Shown here piece after piece: positions 15,546 to 23,841 of a stretch of 64,000 nt of DNA. Position numbers and translations under genes: made by a program. The stretch's first letter is position 1. Each line of letters begins with the position of its first letter. This DNA comes from Acidobacteriota bacterium (lineage in GTDB: Bacteria > Acidobacteriota > Terriglobia > Bryobacterales > Bryobacteraceae), in NCBI GenBank assembly GCA_016870915.1, contig VFZY01000005.1, positions 3,706 through 67,705 of the forward strand. Reading direction: 5' to 3'. Under the pieces are notes generated by a model. It searched no databases. It was not told the DNA's origin and saw only the letters and a list, made by a program, of their open reading frames with translations.

Positions 15546-18190
15546 GCCACCCCCAGGTGGCGCTTCACGGTTCGTACCAGCGTGAAGGGGTCGACCGGTT
15601 TCGTCACGTAGGCGTTGGCGCCCACCATGCGGCCCTTCATCTTGTCGAAGAGCCCATCCTTGCCGGAGAGCATCACGATGGGCAGCTTTTTCGTGTGAGG
15701 GTGATTACGCAGGGCCTTGCACACGTCCCAGCCGCTGATGAACGGCATGTTGATATCCAGGAGCACCAGATCCACGGGCCGCTCGGCGATCCGCTTCAGG
15801 GCCTCCATGCCATCGGCGGTGGTGATAGCGCGAATCTGACTGCGCTCAAGTGACCGGCTCACCGAGACGCGAATTGTGGCGCTGTCGTCGGCCACCAGAA
15901 CAACCTTGCGGCCGATCAGTTCGTATACCGCCCGGAACAGGGCCGTATGCAGGGGACGGAGATGCGCTGCGTTCTGCAGATGCGGAATGGCCAATTCTGA
16001 TTCCGCCAGATTCAGATGCCCGATGCCCTGCCAGTAGCTGCGCTCGAAGTCGTCCAGGGATGGATCGTTGGCCAGGCGAGCGAGGTAGGCGCGCAGCCGG
16101 GATTCTCTGGATGGCTCCGCCAGGACCCCGCCGTGGGTGGCCAGGCGGCCGGTGTCAAGGACATGCAGCGCGCCGCAGGACGGGCAACAGTCGAAGAGCT
16201 CCGCGGCATGAGTGAGGCAGAACGGGCACGTAAGCCGGCTGGCGGCGGCAACACCTGCCGGGCCGGGCTCGGGTTGCTGAGCTTCGGGCCACCGGGCAAT
16301 GACATCCAGCGAGGCGTTCGGCGATGGATTCAAGGATTCCGAGTCCGCGTCAACGCGGAACGGCGTTTCGGTGAGGGGGCTGTAGGACGCTCCCTGTGGC
16401 GCAGGCTCCGCTTCGGCGTCTGGCGGCTTGGAATGCCAGGCAGTGTCCGTGGCTGGCGGCTCCACAAAGATAGCCCCTTCGGCGATACGGGACTCCGCGG
16501 TGGCGTGCTCGGCCTCCAGGGCTTCCGGCGAACGATCGGCCGTGACCTGTTCCGCTTCTGACCCGTTCCGCGGCTCGCTGGCCGGTTGAACTGCGAACGC
16601 CGCGTCAGCGTCCAGTGGCTCCAGCGTGGCTTGTTCAGATGCCTGTGCTGAAGGTTCTGGTTCCGCAGCGGGATCGGCCACGGTCAGTTCAGCTTCCGAT
16701 TCTTCACTAAACTCGCCAGCCCGCTGAAACGCCGGCTCCACCTCAGGGTCGGGTGACTTGGCTTCTGTGGCTTCAACCGCTTCGCTGGCCGTTTCAAAAG
16801 CCGGCGCCGCTTCAGCGTCGAGCGACTCCTCGATGGCTTGTTCCATTGCCGGTGTCGCGGGTTCCGGTTCCGCAACCGTGTCGACGGCGGCCAGTTCAGC
16901 CTCTGATCCTTCACTCGGGCCGCTCGCCGTTTGAACAGCCATCTCTGCTTCAGCGGCGAGTGACTCTGCCTCGGTTTGCTCTGATACCTGTGCTGAAGGT
17001 TCTGGTTTCACACCGGGATCAACCGTGGCCAGATCGGTCCCTAAGGCTTCAGCCGGTTCGCTGGACTGAATGACCAGCTCTGCTTCAGCGGTGAGTGACT
17101 CGGCGGTGGCTTCAATTGCTGCTATCGCGGGTTCCGGTTCCGCAACCGTGTCGACGGCGGCCAGCTCAGCCTCTGATCCTTCACCGGGCCCGCTCGCCAG
17201 TTGAACAGCCTGCTCTGCTTCAGCGGCCAGTGGCTCAGCCGTGGCTCCTTCGATTGCCGGTGTTGCGGGTTCCGGTTCCTCAATCGGATCGGCCGCGGCC
17301 AACTCAGCGTCTATGCCTTCGCTTGGCTCGTTGGGCCGTTGAACAGCCAGCTCTGCTTCAGCGGCCAGTGGTTCAGCCGTGGCTCGTTCAATTGCCGGTG
17401 TTGCGGGTTCGGGTCCCGCAAGCGGATCGACGGCGGCCAGTTCAGCGTCTAATCCTTCGCTGGGCTCGGCCAACGCGGCTTCCGCGGCGGCTGGCTCCGC
17501 CGTGGCTCCTGGCGCAGGTTCTACGTCCACCACCGGATCGGCCTCAACTCTGACGGCCCCCGAAGTTTCAACCGGCCCGTTGGCCGGTGAAACCGTCGAG
17601 CCGTCTACCAGGCTGGGAACCGGCGCCGTGGCTTGGCCGGTTGCGACCGGTGATGCGTCAGCCTCCGGTTCAGAGCCCACCACTTCAGAGCTCACAATTG
17701 CGGGCTCAGTTTCCGGCCCCGCCAAGGATGCTGACTCAGGCTCGGCGGCCGGTTCAACCGGCATGGGCTCGGCTTTGGAGGCCTCAGCCGGATCTGGTTG
17801 GAGGCTGACCGCCTGGGCTTGCACTTCGACGCCGGTGCCGGAAGTTTCCCCGGAGGCAACACTTTCCGAACCAGTGCCGGATGCTGAACTTCTGGCGGGG
17901 TTCAGCCGGAGAAGCCATGACCGCGCGCGTTCGTTTCCCGGATCGAGCACCAGAACTCGCTCCAGGCACCAACACGCCTCCACCTGGTTGTTGGCGAGCG
18001 AGGCCCGCCAGAGCCAGGCTTGCGGTTGGAGTGGATCGTCGTGAGAGAGCGCGGAGACAAGTTCGTAGGCACGCGTCTTGTCACCCTGGCGGATGTGCCC
18101 GATGGCCCGCTGCAAGCGGACCTCAAACGGTTCGCCGGAGTGTGCTCCGGCGCCGGATCTTTTAGCTTCAAGCTGCTCAATGCCGGTCAA
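15542..18190 (-). CDS. 882-aa PilG-like response regulator with an N-terminal TPR-like region, acidic tandem repeats and a zinc ribbon
   Basis: The C-terminal REC has the PilG-type signature (LLDINMPFISG...MLSGKDGLFDKMKGRMVGANAYVTKP). Upstream of it lie a CPFC-x9-CCPSC zinc ribbon, ~330 aa of Ala/Glu/Pro repeats and a TPR-like N-terminus. The only available start is TTG at 18190, with a stop 2 codons upstream. Confidence 0.8.
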   Translation of the reverse strand: MTGIEQLEAKRSGAGAHSGEPFEVRLQRAIGHIRQGDKTRAYELVSALSHDDPLQPQAWLWRASLANNQVEACWCLERVLVLDPGNERARSWLLRLNPARSSASGTGSESVASGETSGTGVEVQAQAVSLQPDPAEASKAEPMPVEPAAEPESASLAGPETEPAIVSSEVVGSEPEADASPVATGQATAPVPSLVDGSTVSPANGPVETSGAVRVEADPVVDVEPAPGATAEPAAAEAALAEPSEGLDAELAAVDPLAGPEPATPAIERATAEPLAAEAELAVQRPNEPSEGIDAELAAADPIEEPEPATPAIEGATAEPLAAEAEQAVQLASGPGEGSEAELAAVDTVAEPEPAIAAIEATAESLTAEAELVIQSSEPAEALGTDLATVDPGVKPEPSAQVSEQTEAESLAAEAEMAVQTASGPSEGSEAELAAVDTVAEPEPATPAMEQAIEESLDAEAAPAFETASEAVEATEAKSPDPEVEPAFQRAGEFSEESEAELTVADPAAEPEPSAQASEQATLEPLDADAAFAVQPASEPRNGSEAEQVTADRSPEALEAEHATAESRIAEGAIFVEPPATDTAWHSKPPDAEAEPAPQGASYSPLTETPFRVDADSESLNPSPNASLDVIARWPEAQQPEPGPAGVAAASRLTCPFCLTHAAELFDCCPSCGALHVLDTGRLATHGGVLAEPSRESRLRAYLARLANDPSLDDFERSYWQGIGHLNLAESELAIPHLQNAAHLRPLHTALFRAVYELIGRKVVLVADDSATIRVSVSRSLERSQIRAITTADGMEALKRIAERPVDLVLLDINMPFISGWDVCKALRNHPHTKKLPIVMLSGKDGLFDKMKGRMVGANAYVTKPVDPFTLVRTVKRHLGVA
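16526..17509 (-). repeat. in-frame tandem repeats of ~135-138 bp (45-46 aa, about 7 copies) inside the PilG-like gene
   Basis: DNA-level repeats are visible. For example, 16856-16950 and 17126-17220 are near-identical, and related copies start near 17264 and 17402. The protein unit is roughly ATAEPLAAEAE.AVQ...EGSEAELAAVD...EPEPATPAIE. Confidence 0.85.
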
Positions 18191-18252
18191 GTGCTACCCG
18201 CCTGAGCAGTAGTTCGGAGGTATGAGCCGCCGACTTTAGCAGAATCGGGCCA

Positions 18253-18408
18253 CTATTTCTTCACAAACTGATCGATGCCCTCGTCACGCCACACCTTGAG
18301 GGTGTTCGAGTCCTTGGGATCGATCTTGAGCCCGATGGCATTCACCGGCACGCTGTGCTTCCGTTGGATCTCGATCCAGTTTTTCTTGACGCCGTTGTCT
18401 AGTGGCAT
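18253..18408 (-). CDS. candidate small protein (51 aa), not in the supplied ORF track
   Basis: ATG at 18408 is preceded by GGAGG (GGAGGTATC-ATG). It overlaps the stop of the upstream M16 peptidase gene by 10 nt and ends with TAG at 18253-18255. Translation: MPLDNGVKKNWIEIQRKHSVPVNAIGLKIDPKDSNTLKVWRDEGIDQFVKK. Third positions are mostly G/C despite the Lys-rich composition. Confidence 0.45.
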   Translation of the reverse strand: MPLDNGVKKNWIEIQRKHSVPVNAIGLKIDPKDSNTLKVWRDEGIDQFVKK

Positions 18409-19712
18409 GATACCTCCCCGGTGGATTTCACCTGCTCGAATAACTCATCGGCCGAGCTCGCCATCTCATGAATCGCATCCGCCTCAAGCGCGGGTCCGCC
18501 AATGACGGTGTTCAGAAGGTGGAGCGAGGCCGCGAATCGCGCCGCATCACAGGCAAGCTGATCACCTGTAAGCGATTGGATCTGATCCGCGACTTCGGTG
18601 GCCGGGACCGGATGGCCGAGATAGAGTTCCTGCGTCGCCAGGCGGGACATCCGCGTGTACATGTCTTCAGAACCCAGGTGGTGCCGCGACAACAGATGTG
18701 TGCGCGCACGGGCCAGTTCTCCGGCGTCCGTGGGCCTGCGCCCGGCGACAAGATCGGCGAACTCCCGCAGAGCCGTGGCGAACACCCGAGGCAGCAACTC
18801 GGGCGCCGTGCTGCCTTCAATGGTCAGGGCGCCCGCGTCGCGATACGCCTGATAGTCCGCCTCGATATCGTAGACCCATCCAGCGTCTTCCCGTAGAGCG
18901 CGGTAGAGCCGCGAACTCAGGCCGCCCCCAAGAACATGGGCCAGAAGATGCGTGGCAATGCGGTCCGGATGCCCGAACGGCCCCGCCGGAAAGCCGAGCG
19001 AAAAGTAGCTTTGCGAGCTCGGCAACTCAACAACCTTGAACCCGGCCGTGAAGCGCGGTGGACCCGATTCGTTCTTCGGGGCTGCGCCCGTGAGCCGCCA
19101 GAAGGCGTCGTGAACCTGGGCCGTGAAATCGTCGTGGTCCAGTTGCCCGGCCGCCGCGATTACGATGTTGCCGGGACGGTAGTGCCGCCCGAAGAAATCG
19201 ATGAGTCCCGCGCGCGACAGCCTCTCGACGCTGCCTGGACTGCCCGCCACCGGGCGGCCCAGTGGATGTCCCGGCCATGCGGACTGTTTCATTCGTTCGT
19301 GCACAAGCTGCGACGGACGGTCCCTGCCCATCGCGATCTCATGCTGAACGGCCTGCTTTTCGCGTTCCACGGCTTCCTCCGGAAAGGCGGGGTTCAGAAA
19401 GAGGTCGCCCAACAGGTCGAGTATGAAGTAACGGTAGTCCGCCAGAACGCAGGCGTGATAGCAGGTGTAATCGCGTGTTGTGAACGCCCCGATGGAGCCG
19501 CCCGCAAGATCGATGTGGCGGCCGATCTCGATGGCTGACCGGGTGCTGGTGCCGTGGAACAACATGTGTTCACACAGGTGAGCCAGTCCCGATTCCGCCG
19601 GTTCCTCATGGCGGGAGCCGCAGTTCACCACAGCCCCGATGGCAAGCGAACGCGCATGCGGCACCGCTTCGGTGACGACGCGGAGCCCGTTGTCGAGCGT
19701 CGACTGGCGCAT
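18399..19712 (-). CDS. M16-family zinc metallopeptidase (insulinase/PqqL-like)
   Basis: It has the HxxEH zinc motif (AHLCEHMLFHGT) and an N-terminal LDNGLRVVTE typical of M16. I chose the ATG at 19712; the GTG at 19721 is an alternative. Confidence 0.85.
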   Translation of the reverse strand: MRQSTLDNGLRVVTEAVPHARSLAIGAVVNCGSRHEEPAESGLAHLCEHMLFHGTSTRSAIEIGRHIDLAGGSIGAFTTRDYTCYHACVLADYRYFILDLLGDLFLNPAFPEEAVEREKQAVQHEIAMGRDRPSQLVHERMKQSAWPGHPLGRPVAGSPGSVERLSRAGLIDFFGRHYRPGNIVIAAAGQLDHDDFTAQVHDAFWRLTGAAPKNESGPPRFTAGFKVVELPSSQSYFSLGFPAGPFGHPDRIATHLLAHVLGGGLSSRLYRALREDAGWVYDIEADYQAYRDAGALTIEGSTAPELLPRVFATALREFADLVAGRRPTDAGELARARTHLLSRHHLGSEDMYTRMSRLATQELYLGHPVPATEVADQIQSLTGDQLACDAARFAASLHLLNTVIGGPALEADAIHEMASSADELFEQVKSTGEVSCH

Positions 19713-19754
19713 CAGGCACACTTCAATGGCTGATCGGCTGGTTCGGCAGCCTTC

Positions 19755-20648
19755 GTGAGTCTAAGCGACTTTTCCCGGGCCGGCACGGGCGAACACCCGG
19801 TTTCGCCTTGGCTGAGGGGGGACGAAGATCAAGCATGGGAGTCCCGCGTGAACAGCTATCTTGAGGCGCCGCAATTGGTGAGGGCGCCCTCGGCCGGGCC
19901 GGGGGGAACGGTATTCGCTTTCCTGCCGGGAAAGCCGGGGTCGGGTGCCTCCACCGTCTGTGCTCACCTGGCCGAAGCGTTGGCCGGGATCCTCAGCGCC
20001 GGCGCCATCCGGGAACCCGTGAGCCTGGTCGAATTCGACCTGTATTCCGGCGCCCTCGCGTTCCTCTTGAACGCGGACAACGAACTGGGCGTGGCCCATC
20101 TTGCGATGCACGCCGGGCGCATGGACCAGGAGTGGGAGAACGCGGTTTCCAAGAGCGGGCAGCTCGAGGCCCTGGTGGCTGGCACCTATCCGGGCTGGTT
20201 CCGCATGGAGGCCCACGTCGCCGGGGCGGTGACGGACCTGGCGGCCGCGCGCAGCAAAGCCGTTTTTTGCGATCTTTCAGGCAATCTGGAGCCCTTTTCG
20301 CTTGAGGTGTTGCGCCGGGCGCGAACGGTCTATGTGGTGGTGACGGCCGATCTGGCCTCGCTCTATCTGGCTCGCCGCCGCATTCTCCGGCTGCACGAAC
20401 TGGGCCTGCGGGAGCGTGTGCACGTGATTCTCAACCGCTTCAACAAGTCGGAGCGGATGACGCCCAGGATGATCTCCGAAGCGCTCGATGTTGGCGAAAT
20501 CCTCGCCATCGACGATGACGATCAGGCCATCCAGACCGCGCTCCGCGAGGGGAAGATGGCCGCAGCTTCCACACGCTTTGGGGCCGGCATCCGGCAACTG
20601 GCGCTGAAGCTGGCCTCCTCCATCACGTCGAATCAGACAGTCGGCTAG
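19755..20648 (+). CDS. MinD/ParA-fold TadZ/CpaE-like protein without a receiver domain, paralog of 5771-6994
   Basis: 297 aa, GTG start. The P-loop region FAFLPGKPGSGASTVCAHLAEAL closely parallels YSFLPSKPGSGATTICLNTARAL in the other copy, and downstream segments are shared (FDLY/LDMT..., LSGN.E.FS.E..R....V..V...). The gene is divergent from the M16 gene. Confidence 0.7.
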   Translation: MSLSDFSRAGTGEHPVSPWLRGDEDQAWESRVNSYLEAPQLVRAPSAGPGGTVFAFLPGKPGSGASTVCAHLAEALAGILSAGAIREPVSLVEFDLYSGALAFLLNADNELGVAHLAMHAGRMDQEWENAVSKSGQLEALVAGTYPGWFRMEAHVAGAVTDLAAARSKAVFCDLSGNLEPFSLEVLRRARTVYVVVTADLASLYLARRRILRLHELGLRERVHVILNRFNKSERMTPRMISEALDVGEILAIDDDDQAIQTALREGKMAAASTRFGAGIRQLALKLASSITSNQTVG

Positions 20649-21637
20649 GGACAGGGGCCGGATACAACAGCGGCCACGTCGCGGGCATTGATGAGGGCCC
20701 GCAGCCGCTCTTCCGGGATGCCGCATGCCCGGCCAAGCAGGGTTAGGGCCAAGTCTGCGTGGCCCGGGTCGCTCCATTGGGACATCTGGCGCAGCGCGGG
20801 CAACGCCTCCCTGCGCAGGCTTGCAAGGGTTGCCGGGCCACGGGCGGCCGTCAGCGGACCCAGGACGAACATGGCTTTGTTTCGATCCGTCCAATGAAGC
20901 GAATTGAGCAGGGGAAGGAACGGCTGCACGGGAATCTCGCGCGCCAGCGCGGCATCGTGGTCCGCCAGCACGGCCAGGACTCGAATCGCGTTGTTTCGAA
21001 CCGTGGCATCCGGGTCGTGCACGGCATTGAGAAGCGCCGGCAATTGGCCGGGGCCACGAGGTGCGTAGCCGGCAATCCAGGCCGCCGCGATCCGGTCCCG
21101 GCGCGACCCGGACTGGGTGAGCACACGAAAGACCAGCGAGGGCTCAGATCGGGCATAGGTGAGCAACTGGAGTTGGAGGGCGCGCAGGGCCGGGTCTCGC
21201 GACAGCGAGTAGCCGTTCTCCGTTTCATCCCCGGCCGCGAGCCCGCCCTGGCTCAAGCGGTCCATGGATCGTTCATAGAGAGCTGTGATCTCAGCCGGAA
21301 GCCGTTCGGGGCCGGACGGCTCTCTTTTCCACTGGACGGTGCCGGAGTCCGGGGATTCGATGCCCACGTAGAGAACCCAGCCAGCCGGTTGTCCCAACAT
21401 CACCGGCGCAACCGCAAACCGGTTTCGCCCCACCAGGCGCCGGATACCCGCCGGCATGTCCCGGAGCCTGGTTTCCCTTACGGGTTCGTAGAAAGAGCCC
21501 GGTTGAAACGGGAAAGCAGCCCGAATCCTGTCGAAATCAACGGGCGCTGAGCCGTAGAAATCGATGGCTCGTAGGGGGTGGCGAAGCGACTGGGCAAGTC
21601 CCGCCGCCGTGGCCAACACGAAGACAAGCGGGCGCAT
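20645..21637 (-). CDS. secreted HEAT-repeat-like hypothetical protein
   Basis: 330 aa with a signal-like N-terminus (MRPLVFVLATAAGLAQS) and HEAT-like segments (LLNAVHDPDATVRNNAIRVLAVL). Its stop overlaps the convergent gene's stop within CTAG. Confidence 0.65.
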   Translation of the reverse strand: MRPLVFVLATAAGLAQSLRHPLRAIDFYGSAPVDFDRIRAAFPFQPGSFYEPVRETRLRDMPAGIRRLVGRNRFAVAPVMLGQPAGWVLYVGIESPDSGTVQWKREPSGPERLPAEITALYERSMDRLSQGGLAAGDETENGYSLSRDPALRALQLQLLTYARSEPSLVFRVLTQSGSRRDRIAAAWIAGYAPRGPGQLPALLNAVHDPDATVRNNAIRVLAVLADHDAALAREIPVQPFLPLLNSLHWTDRNKAMFVLGPLTAARGPATLASLRREALPALRQMSQWSDPGHADLALTLLGRACGIPEERLRALINARDVAAVVSGPCP

Positions 21638-21654
21638 GCCGCCTGGATTCCCAC

Positions 21655-22203
21655 TTAGAATGGAACGTCGTCGTCCGTGACGCCGCCGGCAAACGGATCA
21701 TCCATACCGCCGCTTGCGGAGGACTGCGGTGCGGCCGCCGGGCGCGAACGCTGCTGGGCGCCGCGCGGCTGAGACACCATGCCGCCACCACCGCTGCCAC
21801 CGAACCCGCCACTACCATAGCTGGCTCCGAACTCCTCGGGCGGCCCCGCGGGACCGCCGGCGCTGTCGCCACGCCCGCCCAGAAGCATGAGCTCTTCGAC
21901 CACCACTTCCGTCGAGTACTTCTTGACCCCATCCTTGTCGTCGTAGCTGCGGGTCTGCAAGCGGCCCTCAATGTAGACCTGCTTGCCCTTGGTGAGGTAC
22001 GGGGCCACGTTCTCCGCTCGCCAGTAGGAGACGTTGGTCCAGTCCGTCTCCTCCTTCCAGTCGCCGGTCTGCTGATCCTTCCAGCGGCGGGAGGTGGCCA
22101 CCGAAAACCGGGTGATCGAAACGCCGGAGGTGGTGTACTTGGTCTCGGCGTCGCGCCCGAGGTGTCCAATGAGGATGACTTTGTTTACGCTGCGGCCTGC
22201 CAT
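21655..22203 (-). CDS. ssb: single-stranded DNA-binding protein
   Basis: The product starts MAGRSVNKVILIGHLGRDAETKYT..G..ITRFSVAT...W and has a Gly-rich linker and the acidic tail DDDVPF. The ATG is at 22203. The upstream extension in the 298-aa track ORF is not SSB-like. Confidence 0.95.
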   Translation of the reverse strand: MAGRSVNKVILIGHLGRDAETKYTTSGVSITRFSVATSRRWKDQQTGDWKEETDWTNVSYWRAENVAPYLTKGKQVYIEGRLQTRSYDDKDGVKKYSTEVVVEELMLLGGRGDSAGGPAGPPEEFGASYGSGGFGGSGGGGMVSQPRGAQQRSRPAAAPQSSASGGMDDPFAGGVTDDDVPF

Positions 22204-22554
22204 ATTGTGTGCTCTACCATATTGTGCAACAAATGGGCGCCCGCTCTCAGGAAACCTTGGGCTCGAACGCCCGATGGCCCATCTTTTCCGGTTCCGGCGC
22301 TCTTGGAAGTGAGGATCAGGTGCGGCAGGGGCCTGTTCCGGCCGATGAAGTACTATCCGGCCGGGAATTCGGCTCCCTGATGCAAAGATTTTGCTTGTCT
22401 GATGGGAAATCTCGTGCATACTGAAGAAACCGGGGCCGGATGGCGTCGTCCAAACCTGCCACTCAGCCCAGGTGTACGCGGGTGTACAATGGCTCCGAGC
22501 CGGGCCTTTGGCGCCGGACGTTGCGAGCGAACAGACAACACGTCGAGCCAATCA

Positions 22555-23832
22555 ATGACCTTCGCAAGTCCAGAAATGCCCTTCCGGGGGCGGGTGGCCC
22601 GAATGGCGCGGCAGGCCGGGTGGCTGCCAGTGCTGATGGGGCTGGGTGTAGCGCTGAACGTGGCGCCGGCTGGGGCTCAACTGATGTTGCAGGGCAGCGG
22701 TCCGGGGGAAACTGTCCGCATCTTCAATACGGATTTGGCGGTGCTTGAGGCTCGCCAGGATCGTGACGACCTGCCCTGCACTGTCACTCCGCAGAAGCCC
22801 ATGCTGGGCTTTGATCTGAAGTTTCACACCAGCTACGAAGTGGCCGTGCCGCTCAAGGAGCTTTCCGGAACCGAGAACCTGCTGACCATCATCTTCCGCG
22901 TTTCGAAAGAGGGTGTTCAGGAGGCTCCGGCGTACTTCTCGCAGAAGATCAAGGTTCCGGCGATCGAGGAAGACGCGCGCGGGGAGGCTTATCTCACCGG
23001 CACGTTCGACCTGGGGGAGGGCAAGTACCACGTCGACTGGCTGATGCGTGACCGGGCGGAGCGGGTTTGTGCCCACAACTGGGAGTCCGAGGCGGTGCTT
23101 CCCGCCAAGGATAAGCAGGTGGGTGTGGTCTTGGGACCTGGGGCCATCCAGCCCGCCGATCCGGATCAGTTCCGTGACGAACCCCCCGTGGAACGTGCAA
23201 CCCAGGACCAGCCACTCAACGTCAAAGTATTAGTCAACTTCGCGCCTCAGAACTCGCGTTCTCCGGTGCTGCGGCCGATGGATACCGGTGCTCTGGTGTC
23301 CATTCTGCGCGGCATCGCGCGTGAGCCCAGGATCGGGAAGTTCTCCGTGGTGGCTTTCAACATGCATGAACAGAAGGTCTTGTACCGCAAGGACAACTCG
23401 GGTCAAATCGACTTCCCGGCGATCGGGCAGGCGGTTTCCGCCCTCCAGTTGGGCACGGTAGACCTGAAGCGTCTTGAGAACAAGCACGGCGAAACCGATT
23501 TCCTGGCCGGTCTGATTCGCAAGGAAATGACGGATTGCCAGGCCGACGCGGTGATTTTCGCGGGCCCGAAGGCACTGTTGGAAGAAAACGTCTCGCCGGA
23601 TGTGCTGAAGGAGATCGGGGAGTTGGATTACCCGGTCTTCTACATGAACTACAACCTGTACCCGAACGCGGTGCCCTGGAAGGACTCGATTGGGCACGCG
23701 GTGAAGTTCTTCAAGGGAGTGGAGTATACGATCTCCCGTCCGAAGGACCTGTGGTATTCTGTGACTGAAATGGTGGGCCGGATCGCCAAGGCGCGCCGGC
23801 GTGCCGTTGGCAGCCTTCCGGCAACGCAGTAG
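22555..23832 (+). CDS. secreted hypothetical protein with a possible VWA/Rossmann-like C-terminal half
   Basis: The composition is protein-like and there is a signal-like segment (WLPVLMGLGVALNVAPAGA). The C-terminal half has an alternating beta/alpha-like pattern (VKVLVNF..., FSVVAFN..., DAVIFAGP). The start is uncertain, and no confident family was assigned. Confidence 0.65.
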   Translation: MTFASPEMPFRGRVARMARQAGWLPVLMGLGVALNVAPAGAQLMLQGSGPGETVRIFNTDLAVLEARQDRDDLPCTVTPQKPMLGFDLKFHTSYEVAVPLKELSGTENLLTIIFRVSKEGVQEAPAYFSQKIKVPAIEEDARGEAYLTGTFDLGEGKYHVDWLMRDRAERVCAHNWESEAVLPAKDKQVGVVLGPGAIQPADPDQFRDEPPVERATQDQPLNVKVLVNFAPQNSRSPVLRPMDTGALVSILRGIAREPRIGKFSVVAFNMHEQKVLYRKDNSGQIDFPAIGQAVSALQLGTVDLKRLENKHGETDFLAGLIRKEMTDCQADAVIFAGPKALLEENVSPDVLKEIGELDYPVFYMNYNLYPNAVPWKDSIGHAVKFFKGVEYTISRPKDLWYSVTEMVGRIAKARRRAVGSLPATQ

Positions 23833-23841
23833 AGAGGCGCC

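Noticed and set aside
16526-17509. Tandem DNA repeats as a CRISPR-like or non-coding satellite array
   Set aside because: The repeats are contiguous with no spacers. The period is a multiple of 3 and in frame with a continuous ORF, and they encode a coherent acidic peptide repeat.
18253-19721. M16 peptidase plus small ORF as a RiPP / PqqA-like precursor-protease pair
   Set aside because: The 51-aa peptide has no Cys/Ser/Thr-rich core, no E-x3-Y PqqA motif and no leader/core organisation. No modifying enzymes (radical SAM, YcaO, lanthipeptide synthetase and similar) are nearby.
22204-22551. Upstream 116 codons of the 298-aa SSB track ORF
   Set aside because: The SSB fold begins at MAGRSVNKVILIG (ATG 22203). 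The upstream part has no SSB similarity and lies in the intergenic region.
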